Shown here: in pieces, positions 56,507 through 57,680 of the stretch
Numbering within the stretch: position 1 is the first letter of the stretch
How the letters are laid out: each line of letters starts with the position of its first letter
Assembly (NCBI GenBank): GCA_964655385.1
Contig: CAZZMY010000001.1
Coordinates: 1 to 57,680, forward strand
Reading direction: 5' to 3'
Length of the DNA stretch: 57,680 bases
Source of the DNA: an uncultured Akkermansia sp.
GTDB lineage: Bacteria > Verrucomicrobiota > Verrucomicrobiia > Methylacidiphilales > Verrucolacustridaceae
Notes under the pieces: generated by a model
Seen by the model: the letters and a program-made list of their open reading frames with translations, nothing else
Databases searched by the model: none
Told to the model about the DNA's origin: nothing
Program-made: the position numbers and the translations under genes

Positions 56507-57595
56507 CTACCAGGGCTTCCCGGTTACCCCGGGGGAGGGTTGCTGATCTTTCGGTTGGAGTCTTTGTTGCAACAGGGCAGGACTGTCGGACTGGCGAACT
56601 TGATCCAAGCGCGCGATCGCCTCCAAGCCGCTTGGCGTGTTGAAACCATCCTTCTCCTTTTTCCCCGTTCCTCCGCCCACCATTCTCATGCCCTCGGGCG
56701 CTTCTTTCTGTCTCTCTTTCTTTTCTGAAGCGGCAGAGGCCTGTGCTCCTTGATCAGGTTTTTTGTCCTGATCTTTTTTTTCTTTCCCCAAATCTCCAAA
56801 GCCTGCCCCCTTGTCCTGAATGGCATTTAAATCATCCTCCTTGGCGCGATTCCTCATCTTGCCCTCTCCCTCCTTGCTGGAGCTGAAATCCTTTACCCCG
56901 TTGGGGTCTTTGCCTTTTTCTTTGGCCTCCTTTTGTCCCCTTCCCTCTTTTTCGCCATCTTTCGGTTGGCCGCCCTCCTGATTTTCCGAGGAGCCTTCTC
57001 CTTCTTTGCCTTGCCCCCCCCTGCCCTGAGAGGGAGGGCTTTGAGAATTATCCTCCCCTTCTCCCTCCTCTTTTTGCCCGTCCTGTTTTTGCTGATCTCC
57101 TTTTCCCTGCTGTGAATCACTTTTCTCCTGGCCGGATTGCTTGTCTTTTTTCTGGTCGCCCTTGTCTTTTTTCTTTTTTTGTTCTGGCTGATTACTTGCT
57201 CCGGCAGGCGGTTTAAGTTTTTTTAGCTCATCACGCAAGCGCGGCCAGTCCGCTGCGCGTGAATCCTTTTTTTCTCCCTCATCCAAGACAGCAAAGGAGT
57301 CGTCGATAAATTTGTACCACTCACCAAGCCCTTCCTCTTTGTTTTTCGGGTTGGTCGAGGAGTAAAATCTATCCCCCGCATCAGGGCTTTGCCCAAATCG
57401 GATGGTTTTTTCCACAACGTTCGCGTAGTCCTTGGCGTTGGAGTTGCTGTTTTCGGCCAACTGTTGAACCCCCTCCTGCAGTTTTTTGGCCTCATCCGAA
57501 AACCCGCTCTTCTGGCCCTGGAAATTGGCTTCACCACTTGTGGTCGCAACCCAGCCGACGATAAATAACCCAAGCATTAAGGATTCTTTTTTCAC
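56507..57595 (-). CDS. Exported protein with long Q/E/K/G low-complexity region (BatC-position protein)
   Basis: Signal peptide, helical domain, charged low-complexity linker, short C-terminal helix ending in KPW; directly upstream of batD. Confidence 0.7.
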   Translation of the reverse strand: MKKESLMLGLFIVGWVATTSGEANFQGQKSGFSDEAKKLQEGVQQLAENSNSNAKDYANVVEKTIRFGQSPDAGDRFYSSTNPKNKEEGLGEWYKFIDDSFAVLDEGEKKDSRAADWPRLRDELKKLKPPAGASNQPEQKKKKDKGDQKKDKQSGQEKSDSQQGKGDQQKQDGQKEEGEGEDNSQSPPSQGRGGQGKEGEGSSENQEGGQPKDGEKEGRGQKEAKEKGKDPNGVKDFSSSKEGEGKMRNRAKEDDLNAIQDKGAGFGDLGKEKKDQDKKPDQGAQASAASEKKERQKEAPEGMRMVGGGTGKKEKDGFNTPSGLEAIARLDQVRQSDSPALLQQRLQPKDQQPSPGVTGKPW

Positions 57596-57680
57596 TATGA
57601 TTTTCCCATGGCGAGAGGGTTTGGTTTTTTGGCCACCAGCTTGGTTGTCTTTTTAAGCACCGGCGGAAAAGCCGAGTCTC
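57595..57680 (-). CDS. Partial CDS (C-terminus), probably the preceding Bat-operon gene
   Basis: Open frame ...DSAFPPVLKKTTKLVAKKPNPLAMGKS* whose TAG overlaps the next GTG by 1 nt; identity inferred from position only. Confidence 0.4.
   Translation of the reverse strand, partial: DSAFPPVLKKTTKLVAKKPNPLAMGKS

Noticed and set aside
56700-57200. Pyrimidine-rich low-complexity DNA as a repeat element
   Set aside because: Explained by the Lys/Glu/Gln/Gly-rich linker encoded on the minus strand; no discrete repeat unit.

Overview
Gene-dense, GC-rich bacterial chromosomal segment. A Verrucomicrobiota/PVC affiliation is inferred from the exosortase/EpsI pair, the Bat genes, the RRM protein type and the GTAG-REP style; it is not proven. 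Positions 1-23 kb are mostly housekeeping: yjbQ, CDF transporter, queD, purU, a fused sugar kinase-MurQ, ligA, ilvN-ilvC-leuA, hisI, a PrsA-like PPIase, tRNA-Gln(CTG) and rsmI, with several unknown ORFs. Positions 23-48 kb are an exosortase-linked surface-glycan locus with about 12 glycosyltransferases (including a TagA-GT4 fusion and a GT-C enzyme), a HAD-UbiA phosphoribosyltransferase, a flippase, a Wzy/O-antigen ligase-like protein, three methyltransferases, rmlC and an epimerase relic. Positions 48-57.7 kb carry an M32 carboxypeptidase, ppgK, an Hsp20 with a sigma54-type promoter, a chagasin-like lipoprotein and the end of a Bat operon. I found no CRISPR array, integrase, transposase or prophage. 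The best candidate for something undescribed is an RRM protein with an amphipathic membrane-targeting helix and Arg-rich disordered arms, transcribed with a ~230-nt leader that folds into six hairpins closed by a 13-bp stem. Also notable are a REP mosaic, several leaderless-type promoters, a HAD-UbiA/GT-C pentofuranose module and a secreted protein that may be a degenerate HNH fold. All calls are from reading the sequence; no searches were run.
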